A program made the position numbers and the translations under genes. A stretch of 64,000 nt of DNA, taken from positions 193,541 to 257,540 of the forward strand of contig CAWHOE010000064.1 in assembly GCA_963830915.1 (NCBI GenBank). The letters are read 5' to 3'. The DNA comes from a candidate division FCPU426 bacterium. Lineage in GTDB: Bacteria; Oederibacteriota; Muellerivitia; Muellerivitales; Muellerivitaceae. The notes below the pieces were generated by a model. It saw nothing but the letters and a program-made list of their open reading frames with translations. It ran no database searches and was not told the DNA's origin. Position 1 is the first letter of the stretch, and each line of letters begins with the position of its first letter. Below, one piece after another: positions 11,229 to 20,957 of the stretch.

Positions 11229-11582
11229 ATTTCTCACATCGAATTTTCCAACTCGTTCTTGTCCCCAACAAAATCAGATAGGTTCATCAGGACCATCCGC
11301 TGAAATCCAAAAAACTTTCCCTTCATTAAGGAACACATTTCGACTTTGTTCTCTTTTTCTCGCTTATTTTGTTGGTAAAAAAACACCTCCTACCACAGGT
11401 TGTAGGTGTCGGTTTTTCCCTTATTTTGTCACCAGCGCTGGGTTTAAAAAGAATTAACGGATTCGAGACCTAAAAGGGATGGGAATTTCACAAGGCTATT
11501 CCCTAAATTTTACTAGGTCATGAGAAACATTTTTTATCGACAGGAAAGATTAATGGAATGGGTGGGCCAAAGTATGTTCCAG

Positions 11583-12314
11583 CTATTTTCCGAAGACTTT
11601 GTTCCAAATGATCCTGAGAGGATCGTAATATTTATCCACGACCCTTTCCTTCAATGGAATGATCGCGTTGTCGGTGATGTGGATGTCCTCCGGACACACT
11701 TCAGTGCAACACTTGGTGATATTGCAAAGGCCGATCCCTTGTTGTTCCTTTAAAAGGGCGGTCCGGTCCAACGCGTCCATCGGATGCATTTCCAGGCTGG
11801 CGATCCGGGCGAAAAAACGTGGCCCGGCGAATTCCCCGAATTTGTTGTGCTCTCGCAGAACGTGACAGGTGTCCATGCAAAGATAACATTCGATGCATTT
11901 CCGGAATTCCTGGATCCGATCGATATCTCGCTGCTGCCATTGCCACACCGCCCCATCCTTCGGGGTAAAAGGCGGGATCTTCTTGTTCACCTCGTAGTTG
12001 TAGGAAACATCCGTGGCCAGGTCTTTCATGATCGGGAAAGTCTTCATCGGGGTGACGGTGATGGTTTGATCCGGCTCGAATTCGTTCAGGCGGGTCATGC
12101 ACATGAGCCGAGGTTTTCCGTTCACTTCCGCCGAACAGGAACCGCACTTGCCCGCCTTGCAGTTCCAACGGCAGGCCAGGTCGGACGCTTGGGTAGCTTG
12201 GATACGGTGGATAGCGTCCAATACGACCATCCCATCGTTCACATCGACCTGAAAATCCTTAAGTTCCCCGCCTTCCGAGTTTCCTCGGTAGACTTTCATA
12301 TGGATCTTTGACAT
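11583..12314 (-). CDS. sdhB: Succinate dehydrogenase/fumarate reductase iron-sulfur subunit
   Basis: CKAGKCGSC (2Fe-2S), CIECYLCMDTC and CNITKCCTEVCP cluster motifs. Confidence 0.93.
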   Translation of the reverse strand: MSKIHMKVYRGNSEGGELKDFQVDVNDGMVVLDAIHRIQATQASDLACRWNCKAGKCGSCSAEVNGKPRLMCMTRLNEFEPDQTITVTPMKTFPIMKDLATDVSYNYEVNKKIPPFTPKDGAVWQWQQRDIDRIQEFRKCIECYLCMDTCHVLREHNKFGEFAGPRFFARIASLEMHPMDALDRTALLKEQQGIGLCNITKCCTEVCPEDIHITDNAIIPLKERVVDKYYDPLRIIWNKVFGK

Positions 12315-12363
12315 GAACCCCTCTTCTCTCTTTCTTTAACCAATATTCCCGAAATGATCCGGC

Positions 12364-14243
12364 TCAATGAGCCGGAACTTCCCCTCGGATTTGTTTCAAT
12401 ATCTCGGGTTTTAAAAGACCTTCCTTGACCAGCTCCGTTTCCAATGTTTCCGGGATCTGCGGCAGGTCTTCTGTCGCTACTTCCATAACGTCCCCATGCC
12501 GACGGATCACGATCCTTTTATTCGCGAAATCGGCTGAATAGGTTGTGAAGTCGGTCCGGGTATGTCCTCCCCGGGATTCTTTGCGTTCCTTGGCGGCCCG
12601 GGCGATGGCTTCCCCAACCACTAACATATTGCGCAGATCCAACGCCACATGCCATCCTGGGTTGAACAGACGATTCCCCTCGGCGAGATCTTGGCCCAAC
12701 GCGTCCTCAATGCTTCTAGGTCCTTAAGACATTGTTCTAGGAGTCCCTCTTCCCGGTACATTCCCGCGCCTTTTTCCATGACTGATCTGCATATCCGCCA
12801 GGACCGCGTAGGAGGATTCCCCCCCTCATGCTCGAAAGGCCGATTCATTTCTTGACTTAAAACCGCTAATTGCGCCTCATCCACCTTGGGCATGTCATTC
12901 TTTTTGGCGAATACCGCCGCGTGTTCCCCCGCCAACTTACCGAAAACCACCAGGTCGGAAAGGGAATTCCCTCCCAAACGATTGGAACCATGCATCCCCG
13001 CCGAGCATTCGCCGGCGGCAAAAAGCCCCGGAACGGTCGACATCTGGGTTTCCGGATCTACCTTGATGCCGCCCATCATGTAATGGCAGGTCGGCCCCAC
13101 TTCCATGGGTTGTTTGGTGATATCCACATCCGCCAATTGTTTGAATTGGTGGTACATGCTGGGAAGTTTCCTTTTGATATCCTCGGCCGTGCGTCGGGAT
13201 GCGATGTCCAGGTAAACACCGCCGTGCTCGCTGCCCCTGCCTTCATTGATCTCGTTCCAAATGGCTCTCGCGGTCACATCCCGACTCATGAGTTCGGGGG
13301 GCTTTCGTTCTTTGACGGTTTCCTCCATCTGTCCTTCCACGACGACCTTCTTGAACCAAAGATCGGCCTCTTCCTCGGTTTCAGCGTATTTACCCCGGTA
13401 CTTGGGAGGGATGTACTTGAACATGAAGCGCTCGCCCTTGTTGTTCTTCAAGACCCCGCCCTCTCCTCGGACCCCTTCCGTGATCAGTAGTCCTCTCACC
13501 GAGGGCGGCCAAACCATGCCCGTCGGGTGGAATTGAACGTATTCCATGTCGGCCAAATCCGCTCCCGCCATATAAGCCAAAGCGAACCCATCGCCCGTGC
13601 ATTCCCAGGAGTTGGAATTGACCCGGTAGAGCTTGCCGATACCGCCCGTGCTGATCACCACCGATTTGGCCTTGAAAAGGACCGGACGACCTGTCTCCCG
13701 GAAATATCCGAAGGCCCCGGCAATGCGGTCCCCATCTTTCAAAAGGGAATAAATGGTACATTCCATGTGGACCTGAATGCCCGAATGGACACCCTTATCC
13801 TGGAGGGTACGGATCAGTTCCAATCCGGTCCGATCCCCAACGTGAGCCAATCGTTTGTATGTATGACCGCCAAAATGGCGGACGTTGATGTTTCCTTTAC
13901 CGTCGGTGGTGCGATCGAACACCGCGCCCCACTTCTCCAGTTCCCGGACCCGATCCGGGGCCTGTTTGGCGTGGATCTCGGCCATTTTCCAGTGGTTGGC
14001 GAAATTTCCCCCGATCATGGTGTCGCAAAAATGCTGGTGCCAGCTGTCGCGCGAATCCACCGTGGCCAGGGCCGCCGCGATCCCGCCTTCCGCCATCACC
14101 GTGTGTGCCTTTCCCAACAGGGACTTGCACACCAACGCGGTCTTGCATCCGGCTGCCGATGCTTCAATGGCTGCCCTTAACCCCGCTCCTCCCGCTCCGA
14201 TCACCAAGACGTCATATTCGAAGGTTTGATAGTTTTCGCTCAC
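12364..14243 (-). CDS. sdhA: Succinate dehydrogenase/fumarate reductase flavoprotein; apparent indels near 12685 and 12785-12820
   Basis: GAGGAG, AHTVMAEGG, QFHPTG, TEGVRGEGG, HYMMGG, HGSNRLGGNSL; C-terminal ESRGGH in ORF 12364..12699 is joined by a frameshift. GTG 14243 follows AAAGGGG. Confidence 0.9.
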
Positions 14244-14263
14244 CGCGTTCCCCTTTTGTTGGT

Positions 14264-15031
14264 TCAGAATATCTTGATGTCCGTCCAATACCCGGTCGCT
14301 ACAAGCCTGACATAAAGATCGGCGAACATGACCGTGAACAAGGACAACCAACCCCAGAGTGGGTGGTCCTCATTGAGTTTGGACACTCGGCACCAGACCT
14401 TGTAACGCAGGTCATTCACCGCGCAATTCGAGAAACAGTCCAGCTTTCCACCCACCAGATGCCGCCAGGCGTGGCAGGAGAAAACATAAAGGGTCAGGAA
14501 GACCGTATCGACCAAAAGCACCAGTGTCCCCATACCGACGTAATATCCTTTGGGGCCCTCCTTGGTGAAGGACATGACCAGATCGACCCAGTGATTGATG
14601 ACCAATAAAACGGCCAGGTAAAGGAAATATCGGTGGATGTTCTGAAGGATGAAAGGAAAAGCCTGTTCGCCCTTGTATTCCCGTTCTTCCTCCCCCACTA
14701 AACAGGCCGGAGGGTCCTGGAAAAGAGCGCGGTAATAGGCTTTACGAAAGTAATAGCAAGTGCCCCGAAAACCGGCGGGAGCCCAGAGGATCAGGATGGC
14801 CGGCGACCACTTGTACCAAGAAGGAGAGAAAAACGGGGAAAATGCCGGCGATACGTATGATCCCCATTTGTAGTAAACCTGTCCATTCGGGCCATAAGGG
14901 GTCAATGCCGCCCAGGTCATATAGGCGATGAAAGCGAGCAAGCCCAAACCGATAGCGACGGATTCCAGCCACCATTCATCTTGCCTTAAAGTGACGCCCG
15001 AGCCCTTCTGTGTCCTGACATCAATAGACAT
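14264..15031 (-). CDS. Single membrane anchor subunit of actinobacterial Sdh1-type (Rv0249c-like) succinate dehydrogenase
   Basis: Directly upstream of sdhA; about 5 TM with FRGTCYYFRKAYYRA, FPFILQNIHRYF and SCHAWRH motifs. Confidence 0.78.
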   Translation of the reverse strand: MSIDVRTQKGSGVTLRQDEWWLESVAIGLGLLAFIAYMTWAALTPYGPNGQVYYKWGSYVSPAFSPFFSPSWYKWSPAILILWAPAGFRGTCYYFRKAYYRALFQDPPACLVGEEEREYKGEQAFPFILQNIHRYFLYLAVLLVINHWVDLVMSFTKEGPKGYYVGMGTLVLLVDTVFLTLYVFSCHAWRHLVGGKLDCFSNCAVNDLRYKVWCRVSKLNEDHPLWGWLSLFTVMFADLYVRLVATGYWTDIKIF

Positions 15032-15142
15032 AGAACCTCCTCAAAACGATACGAACTTGACCTCTACTGATCCATTCGAAGGATCGGTCCGCTCCAAACG
15101 GTTCGATTTGATCTTTTTTGGATCCAAAGCGAACCCAAATAC

Positions 15143-16132
15143 TCACCACTTCAGATTACTGCTGTGTCCCGGCTCGACTTTATCGTTTGGATTGATGTAA
15201 TTCTTGGCGAAGTTGACCGCTGTGGCGCCTTCCGCGAAACCGGTCGCGATCAGGTCCAATTTGCCCGGATGATCGACGATATCCCCAGCCGCGTAGATCC
15301 CCGGCACGTTGGTTTCCATCTTTTGGTTCACCGGGATCTTATTCTTTTCCAGCGTCAACCCCCAATCCTTCAAGAAAGACAGGCTGGCCTGGAAACCGAA
15401 ATTAAGTACCACCAGATCCACCGGAATGGATTCATCCTTGTTGGTGTGGTTATCATAAATGACCGCTTCCTCGACTTTTCCATTGCCTTTCACGGTTCGG
15501 AGCTCATACCAGAGTTTGATATCGACCTTGGAAGCTTTAAGTTTATTGACGGAAGACTCGTGGGCTCGGAATTCATCCCGACGATGGATCATGGTGACCT
15601 TTTGCGCGATGGGTTCCAACATTAATGCCCAATCGACAGCCGAATCCCCTCCCCCAACGATCAATACCCTTTTGTTTTTATAGGGATCCAGGGAAAGAAC
15701 CCCGTAGTTCACCCCTTTTCCCTCGAAGGCCGTCAATTCCGGATTGGGATGTTTCTTGGGTGTGAAGGACCCCATACCCAGGGTCAATACGACCGTCTTG
15801 CTGAAATGCTTGATTCCCTTGTCGGTGGTCAATTCGAAGATATTATCAGGTCGTTTGACTAGGGTGAGGACTTTCTCTCCCAACGCGAGCGGCGGCTTGA
15901 ATCGCAAGAGTTGCTCTTCCAATTCCTTGACCAACTCCTTCCCCGCGATCCGGGGAAATCCCGCCACGTCAAAAATATCCTTTTCTGGATACATGGCGGA
16001 GACTTGACCGCCCAGGGTTTCGAGGGAGTCAATCAGCTTGAATTTCATGCCCCTCAGTCCCGCGTAAAAACCCCCGAACATACCCGCCGGTCCGCCTCCG
16101 ATGATGATGACGTCAAAGATTTCTTCCGCCAC
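15143..16132 (-). CDS. Ferredoxin--NADP+ reductase (thioredoxin-reductase-like, YumC type)
   Basis: GGGPAG, LGGQ..YPEKDIFDVAGFP, GGGDSAVDWA, GIYAAGD, C-terminal PGHSS; no CxxC. Confidence 0.9.
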   Translation of the reverse strand: MAEEIFDVIIIGGGPAGMFGGFYAGLRGMKFKLIDSLETLGGQVSAMYPEKDIFDVAGFPRIAGKELVKELEEQLLRFKPPLALGEKVLTLVKRPDNIFELTTDKGIKHFSKTVVLTLGMGSFTPKKHPNPELTAFEGKGVNYGVLSLDPYKNKRVLIVGGGDSAVDWALMLEPIAQKVTMIHRRDEFRAHESSVNKLKASKVDIKLWYELRTVKGNGKVEEAVIYDNHTNKDESIPVDLVVLNFGFQASLSFLKDWGLTLEKNKIPVNQKMETNVPGIYAAGDIVDHPGKLDLIATGFAEGATAVNFAKNYINPNDKVEPGHSSNLKW

Positions 16133-16222
16133 GAAATACCTCCGGATCTTAAATATCGTCCGTCCTCAAAATCGGACGGACTTAGGTCTCATGTGTCCCA
16201 AAAAGATCTTCCCCACCTACGA

Positions 16223-16666
16223 TCAACGGTTCGGTTGGTGGCTCATATGCCTCGCGGGCCTGGCGATCGTGATGCTCCCCTTGATGCATACGGTCTCGCA
16301 TAATTTACAGCTGACGCATTTCTTCTCATCGACCAGGGCGATCTTGAAGAATTCCGGATGGTCCGATCTGGGCGCCATGGAGATGCAGTCAAAGGGGCAA
16401 ATGTCGACGCAGAATTCGCAGGCCGTGCAGGTTTCCGGGTCAACCTTGGCCTTGGGGATCTCGATGGGTTTTATCTTTTTGACGATTTCGCCGGCCGGAT
16501 CGATGATGGCTTCCACCGGGCAAAAGATGCCGCAAACACCGCAGTCGATGCAGAGGGAAGGATCGATATGGTGGAGGGTTTTTTTCACACCGGCGATGGC
16601 TTCAGTCGGGCATTTCACGGCGCAAAGGGTGCAACCGATACAATTATCCAATATGACATGCGGCAT
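16223..16666 (-). CDS. Poly-[4Fe-4S] ferredoxin (four CxxCxxCxxxC motifs)
   Basis: CIGCTLCAVKCP, CIDCGVCGIFCP, CTACEFCVDICP, CVSCKLCETVC; ATG 16666 follows AGGGGAG. Confidence 0.9.
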   Translation of the reverse strand: MPHVILDNCIGCTLCAVKCPTEAIAGVKKTLHHIDPSLCIDCGVCGIFCPVEAIIDPAGEIVKKIKPIEIPKAKVDPETCTACEFCVDICPFDCISMAPRSDHPEFFKIALVDEKKCVSCKLCETVCIKGSITIARPARHMSHQPNR

Positions 16667-16724
16667 GAAGGCTCCCCTAGCGAACAATACCGTCTGGAAT
16701 GAACATTTAATCAAATGGCCCCTG

Positions 16725-16759
16725 AAAAGAAAAGAGCCTTCTTAACAAAGAAGGCTCTT
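16725..16759 (-). terminator. Intrinsic terminator after OFOR beta gene
   Basis: Stem AAGAGCCTTCTT-AACA-AAGAAGGCTCTT with T-tract on the minus strand. Confidence 0.7.
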
Positions 16760-16771
16760 CCCAGGCCTGTT

Positions 16772-17665
16772 TTAAACGTACTCCTCGATGAACTTATGGC
16801 GCTGTTCTTTGCTCAATCCCAACTTCTGGACCTTGGCCAAGGCGGACCCTTGAAGAGCTGGGTCGGCGGCGTCAATGGAAGGCTTGGGATTCGGATTCTT
16901 GTAAAGAACCCCAATGGGTATCTTTTGACCCCATTCCTTGGCCCGTTCCATGGCTTTGTTCCAGTCCGATGGATCATGCCCCGCGTCTTCCAACTTATAC
17001 ACCCTCTCCTTGAACCAGCCGAAGGTGTTCTGTTTATTGAAGGTGACACAGGGTGAGAAAACATCGATATGGGCGAAACCTGGGTATTGGATGGCTTGGG
17101 TATAAAGATTTTTCAAATGGTTGATGTCGCCTGAAAAACCTCGGGCCACGAACCCGCAGCCAGCCGCCAGGGACATGACCATAGGATTCAACTGACCCTC
17201 CGGATTTCCATAGGGAGTTGACTTGGTCTTCATGCCCGTCTCCGAGGTCGGGGAGGTTTGCCCCGTCGTCAATCCATAGATCTCGTTATCCATGACGATA
17301 TAGGTCAAATTGATGTTTCGCCGGATGGAATGGATGAAATGCCCTTGTCCAATACCATAGCCGTCACCATCACCGCCGCAGGCGATCACGGTCATCTCGT
17401 GGTTGGCGATCTTGCACCCCGTGGCCACCGGTAGGGACCTTCCGTGCAGGGAATGCATACCGTAGGATTTGAAGAATCCCGGCAGATTGGAAGAACAACC
17501 GATACCAGAAACAACCATCAATTGCTCATTAGGGATCCCTAGTTCCGCCACGGCTCGCTGCAGAACGGTCAATACCCCGTAATCCCCGCATCCCGGACAC
17601 CAATCGGGCGGGATCTCCGGCTTATAGTGTTTGGCTTCCCTGGCTACTGGCGCTGCTGTTGGCAT
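16772..17665 (-). CDS. korB: 2-oxoacid:ferredoxin oxidoreductase beta subunit
   Basis: WCPGCGD, SGIGCSS, GGDGDGYGIG, DNEIYGLTTGQTSPT, PCVTFN. Substrate specificity cannot be determined. Confidence 0.88.
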   Translation of the reverse strand: MPTAAPVAREAKHYKPEIPPDWCPGCGDYGVLTVLQRAVAELGIPNEQLMVVSGIGCSSNLPGFFKSYGMHSLHGRSLPVATGCKIANHEMTVIACGGDGDGYGIGQGHFIHSIRRNINLTYIVMDNEIYGLTTGQTSPTSETGMKTKSTPYGNPEGQLNPMVMSLAAGCGFVARGFSGDINHLKNLYTQAIQYPGFAHIDVFSPCVTFNKQNTFGWFKERVYKLEDAGHDPSDWNKAMERAKEWGQKIPIGVLYKNPNPKPSIDAADPALQGSALAKVQKLGLSKEQRHKFIEEYV

Positions 17666-17711
17666 AATTTCCTCCTGGAAAATGGCTCCCCTATGGGAAC
17701 TGGGTTAATGG

Positions 17712-19535
17712 TCAATGAACGGATGTGGTGGACAAGACTCCCGGACCTGGAGGATGGGGAGAACGCCACCCCGGCTCCAGCGATTGCACCTCGACCAAGG
17801 CCTTGCCGGCCAAGACTTCCTTGACCGCCGATACCACGTGTTTTGGCTCGAAGGGTTCGCCGTCGTACTTTCGAATATCAGCGTGGGCGGTGATGCCCGT
17901 CTCCGCCCTGAGATGGCGCGAGAATTGGCCGCTCTTGTTCATTTCAACCACGCAGATCTTCTTGCTCTTCCCGAGTATCTCCTTGGCTTCCTTCTCCTGG
18001 AAAGGCAGCAAATATTTGAAAGAAAGGTGGTTGGTCTTGATGCCCTCTTTATTCAACCGCTCGACCGCCTCGGTCACGACTCCCCAGGTCGAACCATAGG
18101 ATACCAAGGTGATCTGGGCGTCCGCCGGCCCTTCCAGTTTCAAGGGTTTGTAATCTTTGAAGACGCCTTCCATCTTCCGGGTCCGTTTATCCACCATTTT
18201 TTTGCGGATGATCGGATCGGTATAGACGTCGGAAATAAGGACGCCATCCTCATCATGCTCGTCCGAACCCGCCACATAAAGATGATTGGCCAGTCCGGGT
18301 ATGGCCCTGGGCGAGATGCCTGAGGGGGTATCCTTGAAACGAAGATAGGTTTTGGGGATCCCGTCATCCTCGAAGATCATCTCACCACGGTCGATCTTGA
18401 AATCCCGATCCAGGACGGCGGTTTCCAGCGTTTGGTGTCCCTCACTCATCAATAGGTCGGATAGGACCAGGACTGGGCATTGATATTTTTCCGCCAAGTT
18501 GAAGGCCTCTTCCATGGTGTCGTAACAGTCCGAAATGGAGGTGGGCGCGATGATGATCCGTGGGAAATCCCCTTGTGACGCTCCGATCGCCTGGTTCAAG
18601 TCCCCTTGCTCCTGTTTGGTCGGTAAACCAGTGGAAGGCCCGCCGCGCATGACGTTGATCATGACCACTGGAGTCTCGATGATCCCGGCCAAACCCAAGG
18701 CCTCGGTCATGAGGGCGAATCCGCCTCCCGACGTCGCGCACATCGACCTGGTACCCATATGACCCGCTCCAATCGCCATATTGGCCACGCCGATCTCGTC
18801 CTCGACCTGTCGGACACAAATCCCCAGATCTTTACCGTGGGTGGCCATCCAGTGCAGGATGCCGGTAGCCGGGCTCATCGGGTAAGCGCAGTAGACTTTA
18901 CAGCCCGCGTTAGCGGCGCCCATGGCCAACACCTCATTGCCAGCGACCATCGCCAGCTTGGCCTTGCCTTTGGAAAGGGTGGCCGCGTGGGGTTTGTAGG
19001 TCTTATCCGCGAAGTCATAACCCGCTTTGGCCGCCACGATATTGGCTTGAACGACTTGGGGTTTCTTGGCGAAGGTATGCTCAAAAACGGAGGATAAAGC
19101 GGAAAAATCCAAACCCAACAGGCGCACCAACGCGCCCAAAGCGACCGTATTTTGCATGATCGGCAGTGCGTCCTTGCCCGCCAGCTCGAATACGGGAAGA
19201 GGGCAAAGCTGGACTCCTTCCGGGGCTTGGCCCGGTTTCACTTTGTCGCCGTTATAAACACAGATACCACCTGGGCCAAGTTCCTGAAGATGGCGGTTCA
19301 TGGCCTCTTGGTTGAGAGCGATCATGGCCTGGACCTGGTCGCCGATGTTATGCTTCATTTGGGTGGCGATCCGAAGGCGGACCCAGGAATGGCCCCCGCG
19401 GATCAAGGATTGGTAACTGGTATAAACAAAGACGAATAATCCCTGCCGGGCGCAGGATTGCGCCAAATTATTCCCGGTGGAAGCTCCCCCATCACCGGCC
19501 GCTCCCCCGATACCAACGATAATTTCATTTTCCAT
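17712..19535 (-). CDS. korA: 2-oxoacid:ferredoxin oxidoreductase alpha subunit (gamma-alpha fusion)
   Basis: YQSLIRGGH, YPMSPA, EDEI, TSGGGFALM, RGGPSTGLPT. Confidence 0.88.
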   Translation of the reverse strand: MENEIIVGIGGAAGDGGASTGNNLAQSCARQGLFVFVYTSYQSLIRGGHSWVRLRIATQMKHNIGDQVQAMIALNQEAMNRHLQELGPGGICVYNGDKVKPGQAPEGVQLCPLPVFELAGKDALPIMQNTVALGALVRLLGLDFSALSSVFEHTFAKKPQVVQANIVAAKAGYDFADKTYKPHAATLSKGKAKLAMVAGNEVLAMGAANAGCKVYCAYPMSPATGILHWMATHGKDLGICVRQVEDEIGVANMAIGAGHMGTRSMCATSGGGFALMTEALGLAGIIETPVVMINVMRGGPSTGLPTKQEQGDLNQAIGASQGDFPRIIIAPTSISDCYDTMEEAFNLAEKYQCPVLVLSDLLMSEGHQTLETAVLDRDFKIDRGEMIFEDDGIPKTYLRFKDTPSGISPRAIPGLANHLYVAGSDEHDEDGVLISDVYTDPIIRKKMVDKRTRKMEGVFKDYKPLKLEGPADAQITLVSYGSTWGVVTEAVERLNKEGIKTNHLSFKYLLPFQEKEAKEILGKSKKICVVEMNKSGQFSRHLRAETGITAHADIRKYDGEPFEPKHVVSAVKEVLAGKALVEVQSLEPGWRSPHPPGPGVLSTTSVH

Positions 19536-19851
19536 AGAAAGATTCCTCCCCTAAATAATTTGAATTCCAATGGATGTTGGCCGTATAAGAACCAAACCTC
19601 CCCATGACCCCGCGTAAAAATGCGGCCGAAGTGGACAAAAATCGTTCCAAACCCGTCTGGAATCAGGATGATCTTGAACTTCGTAGTAGGATCAGGAAAG
19701 GCATGATACTCACAGGGATGAATAAATCGCAAGGTCTTTGGGTTTTTTAGCGGTTCAAAAACGGGGAGAAACTCGAAAAAAACATCTTAAAGACCGCAAT
19801 AAATATTCCCTTTCCATCGAAACACCTACCATTGATGGTGGTGTACAAAAT

Positions 19852-19885
19852 AAAAAAGCCCCACGGGAACATTCCAAGGGGCTTT
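19852..19885 (-). terminator. Intrinsic terminator after 19909..20826
   Basis: AAAGCCCC...GGGGCTTT stem, with A6 on the plus strand giving a U-tract on the minus strand. Confidence 0.6.
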
Positions 19886-19908
19886 GTGAACGTCTTTCTC
19901 GACCAACT

Positions 19909-20826
19909 TTATTGGGTCGCACCCGAAATTGTTTCACTGCGGGTATAGGCGATCGATTGGGTTTGGACCAATTTCATATCCCCTGTGTAGACTTCCATGG
20001 AGACCAACCCGATCCCTTTCGCGTAATAATAGAAGTGAACTCCCGCTTTTTTGCCCTCTTTCAGGATCTTCTCTTGAACGATGACACAATCTGGGTAGTT
20101 TTTCTGGTAAACCTGGGCTGGCCCGAAGGACGCTTTATACGAACTCACCGAGCCATCCCCGTTCCGATGACTCCAATAGGTCGCCCCATCCGGCTTGGGG
20201 AACTTGAACACAAAATCATTGGATAAAGCCTTCTCTCCTGAAAAGGTATGTTCCACCACGTCATCGTAGATGGAGTATTTTTCGACGGTGGTTTTTCCCT
20301 GATCGGTCACTTGGAACACCTCTCGGATGGTCCCGTTGGCCATTTGTTTCATTCCCACGCAAAGAAGAACTCGGGTCCCGTTGGCGGTCGCCCCGTCTTG
20401 AGGTTTCAGATACTCGTAATCGTTCTGGCTCCCCTCAACAGCGGGAAAATAATCCGCTAGTGAGCTCGGGCCTCCTTGCAAGACCGGCTTCTGAGGGACT
20501 GTCGGTGTTTCGACAACCACAATTGGTTTTTGGGCATTTTCAACAGTGACTGTGGGAGTCGGCGTGGGATTGACTGCCACCAACGGATGGGGTGTAGGGG
20601 TCGGCGGCAAAGTTGGTATGGCGGCCGGTGGTTGGGATGTCGGCTGCTCCGACGGCGCGGTTTGCGCGTTCGGTTGTGGTGTATTGAACTGACTTAGATC
20701 CACCGGTGGTGGCAAACTGTCCCCTCCGTCCGCAGGAATGGCCGGTGGAGCGAGGGGCTTGAGCTCATCCGCGTGAAGCCCTCCTTGTAAAAAAAGCAAT
20801 AAACAGACTGCCAAAACTTTTCTCAT
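19909..20826 (-). CDS. Secreted protein with Pro/Thr-rich linker and C-terminal beta-rich domain
   Basis: Signal peptide MRKVLAVCLLLFLQGGLHA; PTPTP linker; ends in YYYAKGIGLV. Confidence 0.75.
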   Translation of the reverse strand: MRKVLAVCLLLFLQGGLHADELKPLAPPAIPADGGDSLPPPVDLSQFNTPQPNAQTAPSEQPTSQPPAAIPTLPPTPTPHPLVAVNPTPTPTVTVENAQKPIVVVETPTVPQKPVLQGGPSSLADYFPAVEGSQNDYEYLKPQDGATANGTRVLLCVGMKQMANGTIREVFQVTDQGKTTVEKYSIYDDVVEHTFSGEKALSNDFVFKFPKPDGATYWSHRNGDGSVSSYKASFGPAQVYQKNYPDCVIVQEKILKEGKKAGVHFYYYAKGIGLVSMEVYTGDMKLVQTQSIAYTRSETISGATQ

Positions 20827-20957
20827 GACTATCCTTTCAATATCGATTCATCAGTAGGAATTTTTTCAAAAAGGATTAGATAGGAAGCATCGATCGCTTA
20901 AGAATTATATCCTTCTCAAATTCAAAAGTCACTTTTATCCAGGTTTTCCTTTATGGC

